A stretch of 64,000 nucleotides of DNA from Octopus sinensis (Eukaryota), in NCBI RefSeq assembly GCF_006345805.1, contig NC_043020.1:22444001-22508000 (forward strand), read 5' to 3'. This document shows, one piece after another, positions 60,858-64,000 of the stretch. A program made the translations under genes and the position numbers. The notes below the pieces were generated by a model that was given only the letters and a program-made list of their open reading frames with translations, had not been told where the DNA came from and made no database searches. How positions within the stretch are numbered: position 1 is the first letter of the stretch; every line of letters starts with the position of its first letter.

Positions 60858-61434
60858 TTAACCAAACACAAATATATTCATTCTGAAGAATAAATATCAC
60901 ATTTATGTGTGATAAATCATTCTCTGTTACAAATCACTCCTCTACTTAGTAATATGTGCAATGTGGAGTGGTTGGGAAATTGTAACAGAGGTTTCAGGAT
61001 TCTTAAATCTACTGCATGACATGACTGCCTGGTTCCACAATAAAATACATCCAACACACTGCCAATTTGATGGTGACAATAAGGGCAGCCAGCTATAAAA
61101 ATCATGCCACTAAAATGGAACTTGAAAGTGAAATATATTTCCTGATTCACCAAACTCATGAAATAGATTTTTGTTTTTTTGTGTATGAGTTCAATATATT
61201 GTATTACATTTGTTATTGATTGCTTCAGGATTATGAAATTGAATTGTGATTTTGAAGGATCTGATCATCTGTTTTTGTTTTCCATTATATTGCATTTGAT
61301 AAAGTTTTACATAGCACTTTAGTTACCCCTTACTTTGCAATTTTTATGTACATTCATTAAAAATATGCTTATTTCAACATTAATTAAGCTCACACATTTG
61401 ACTGACAAAAATATATGATCAAAAGAATTCTATC

Positions 61435-61790
61435 TATCCGCTCACTCGAAGTTGACTCTCGGTTACTCGATGGATCAGTGTTCTCCAGCCAGTTCTATCC
61501 TGGGTCACCTCTTTCAGATTGGCTATGTCCATTCCGGTATCACTCTTGATGGTGTCAAGCCAGCGGGTTCTTGGTCGGCCTCTTCCTCTCTTGCCACTGA
61601 CCATTCCGAGCATGATGTCCTTCTCCAAGAATTTTCTCTGCATAATATGACCAAAATATGCCAATCTATGCTTGGTGATTCAAGCTTCTAGTGACAGTTT
61701 CGGCTTGATCTAGTTAAGAACTTCTCCATTGGTGAGCCTCGCTGTCCATGAAATCCGTAAAAGTCTTCTCCAACACCAAAGCTCTTTTAC
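61435..61790 (-). mobile_element. RTE-1/BovB-like LINE 3' fragment
   Basis: LWCWRRLLRISWTARLTN...YFGHIMQR..LEKDIMLG.V.GKRGRGRPRTRWLD.I. Confidence 0.88.
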
Positions 61791-61857
61791 CAAACCCAAA
61801 TTTTCAATGAAACTGAGAAAACTTATAATCAAATTTAACGAAATTGTTAAAAATAGG

Positions 61858-62182
61858 GGATCTTTTCGGTTTGAACGGCAGTTTTTTCTAGCGGTGTCAT
61901 ATGACCCTAGTATCGATCTATTGTATTTCAATCTGTTTTAGGGGTGGGAGGGAAGAGTATCTTTTTTTCTTCACAAATGTAAATAAACCTAATCTGTTTC
62001 TTAAACGAGGGACATATTCATACGGCACAATGTTTTTTTTACCTCAGTAGACGTCAATGATTGGTTGAAAGTGCAGAAATTGAAGAAAAAAAAACAACAA
62101 ATATCTTACAAACTATAGAATTTTCTCAATAAAGCCAGGAGAAAAAGATGTTTTATAAACACATTCTACCAGTATACGAAGT
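61858..62182. mobile_element. Truncated GGATCTTTTCGG-family MITE
   Basis: One TIR at 61858; cut by a family-3 fragment at ~62185. Confidence 0.8.
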
Positions 62183-62473
62183 TACCAGCGTCACCTTACT
62201 GGCACTTGTACCTGTGCTAGTAGGGTGCCAAGAGCACCATCCGTGCGTGATCGTTGCCAGAGCAGCCAACTGGCTTCCGTGCCAGTGGCACGTAAAAGGG
62301 CACCATTCAGACTGATTGTTCATCACAACTTGCATATGCAACTGATTTGGTCCTTGTAGCTGAGACTGGAGGATATAGAGGAAAAATTCCAAATGGTATC
62401 CAGTAAAAATTTCTTACTCAACTTTTGAAAAAGTAAAATTGCTATAAGTACTGTGAAGTCAACATTTATAGGC

Positions 62474-62860
62474 ATAGGAGTGGCTGTGTGGTAAGTAGCT
62501 TGCTTACCAACCACATGGTTCCGGGTTCAGTCCACTGCGTGACACCTTGGGCAAGTGTCTTCTACTAAAGCCTCAGGCCAACCAAAGCCTTGTGAGTGGA
62601 TTTGGTAGAGGGAAACTGAAAGAAGCCTGTTGTGTATATGTTTGTGTGTCTGTGTTTGTCCCCCCACCATCGCTTGACAACATGCTGGTGTGTTTACATC
62701 CCCATAACTTAGTGGTTCGGTGAAGGAGGCCGATAGAATAAGTATTAGGCTTACAAAGAATAAGACCTGTGGTCGATTTGCTTGACTAAAAAAGGTGGTG
62801 CTCCAGCATGGCCACAGCCAAATGACTGAAACAAGTAAAATAATAAAAAGAGAGAGTAAA
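62474..62860 (+). mobile_element. SINE family 1
   Basis: Same head and tail as 56479. Confidence 0.85.
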
Positions 62861-63137
62861 GAGTATTTTGATATCTCCAGGGAAATCATGCTTATTTGAC
62901 AGGGAAGTAGTAGGCAGGAATTCAACGTAGTATATGCAGTGTGATCTGTTGGTACAGAGATGGTGTAGTGGAATCAAAGACGAACTAAGTGAATAAAGAG
63001 AGAGTTTTTGGTAGATGCACAGAAGTTGTCAGAGCAGCAGTAAAATAAATTTTATTTATAATGTTCAAAATGCTCTGTACAAGTAGTTGATAGTATTTGT
63101 AAGTGACTTAATCAGCAGTGGAAGCATAATAACCAGG

Positions 63138-63622
63138 CGCAGGAGTGGCTGTGTGGTAAGTAGCTTGCATACCAACCATATGTCTCCGGGTTCAGTCCCA
63201 CTGCGTGGCACCTTGGGCAAGTGTCTTCTGCTATAGCCTTGTGAGTGGATTTGGGAGACGGAAACTGAAAAGAAGCCTGTCGTATGTATGTATATATATA
63301 TATGCGTTTGTGTGTCTGTGTTTGGGCAAGTATCTTCTACTATAGCCTCGGGCCGACCAAAGCCTTGTGAGTGGATTTGGTAGACGGAAACTGAAAGAAG
63401 CCTGTCGTATATATGTATGTCTGTGTTTGTCCCCCTAGCATTGCTTGACAACCGATGGTGGTGTGTTTATGTCCCCGTCACTTAGCGGTTCGGGAAAAGA
63501 GACCGATAGAATAAGTACTGGGCTTACAAAAGAATAAGTCCCAGCGTTGAGTTGCTCAACTAAAAATGGTGTTGCTCCAGCATGGCTGCAGTCAAAGGAC
63601 TGAAACAAGTAAAAGAGAGAAT
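63138..63622 (+). mobile_element. SINE family 1 with an internal duplication
   Basis: The gcaagtgtcttc...gaagcctgtcgtat segment is present twice. Confidence 0.85.
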
Positions 63623-63872
63623 AAAAACATGGCAGTGAATAATCAGGAAATTAACAAGAAGATAATCCTGTCAAGCAAAAGACATGCAATGCACCCCCCC
63701 CCCCATGGTAGTGTGGGCACTAAATATAGGGGTTTTGTGGAAGCTGAAAAGAAATGAAGCTTGATGTGTTACATAGGAAATGAGGAGCAAGGTCCAAGTG
63801 AGCTGAGGGATAAAATGAAGTGTGCAAGGAAGACTATTGTCACAAACAATGTACCAATGGTGACTGATAGGT

Positions 63873-64000
63873 GGAGGCACATGGCCTAGTGGTTAGAGCA
63901 GCGGACTCGCGGTTGAGGGATTGCGGGTTCGAATATCTGACCAGGCGATGTTTGTGTTTATGAGCAAAACACCAAAGCTCCATGCGGCTCCGGCAGAAGA
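63873..64000 (+). mobile_element. SINE family 5, cut by the window end
   Basis: ggaggcacatggcctagtggttagagcagcggactcg...ggttcgaat. Confidence 0.8.

Overview
Eukaryotic, AT-rich, repeat-dense DNA. The repeat families and gene style point to an octopus (Octopus sp.); this is an inference, not a database match. There is no prokaryotic system and no CRISPR array. Left part: the 5' four exons of transaldolase (TALDO1) on the minus strand (15375-15468, 2406-2529, 1326-1433, <1-37), with a 12.8-kb first intron. Head-to-head with it is a tandem cluster of four plus-strand C2H2 zinc-finger genes, here called ZNF-A to ZNF-D (about 22, 28, 17 and 21 fingers, no effector domain). Each is built on one duplicated cassette: conserved non-coding first exon, TE-filled intron, conserved acceptor, single coding exon, then eroded finger relics. 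The cluster shows several independent remodelling events: an apparently exact 756-bp (9-finger) duplication in ZNF-B; an 830-bp ~99%-identical tract shared by ZNF-B and ZNF-C that starts at the ATG; a 151-bp copy of ZNF-D's own 3' end pasted into its intron; a HERO-type retrotransposon end with a 23-bp target-site duplication (TSD) inside a dead finger; and a ~6.9-kb array of ~105 copies of a 67-bp retroposon subunit inside the ZNF-B intron. The rest is SINEs, RTE, CR1, L1/Tx1 and Gypsy fragments, and several MITE families. Identities and counts were read by eye.
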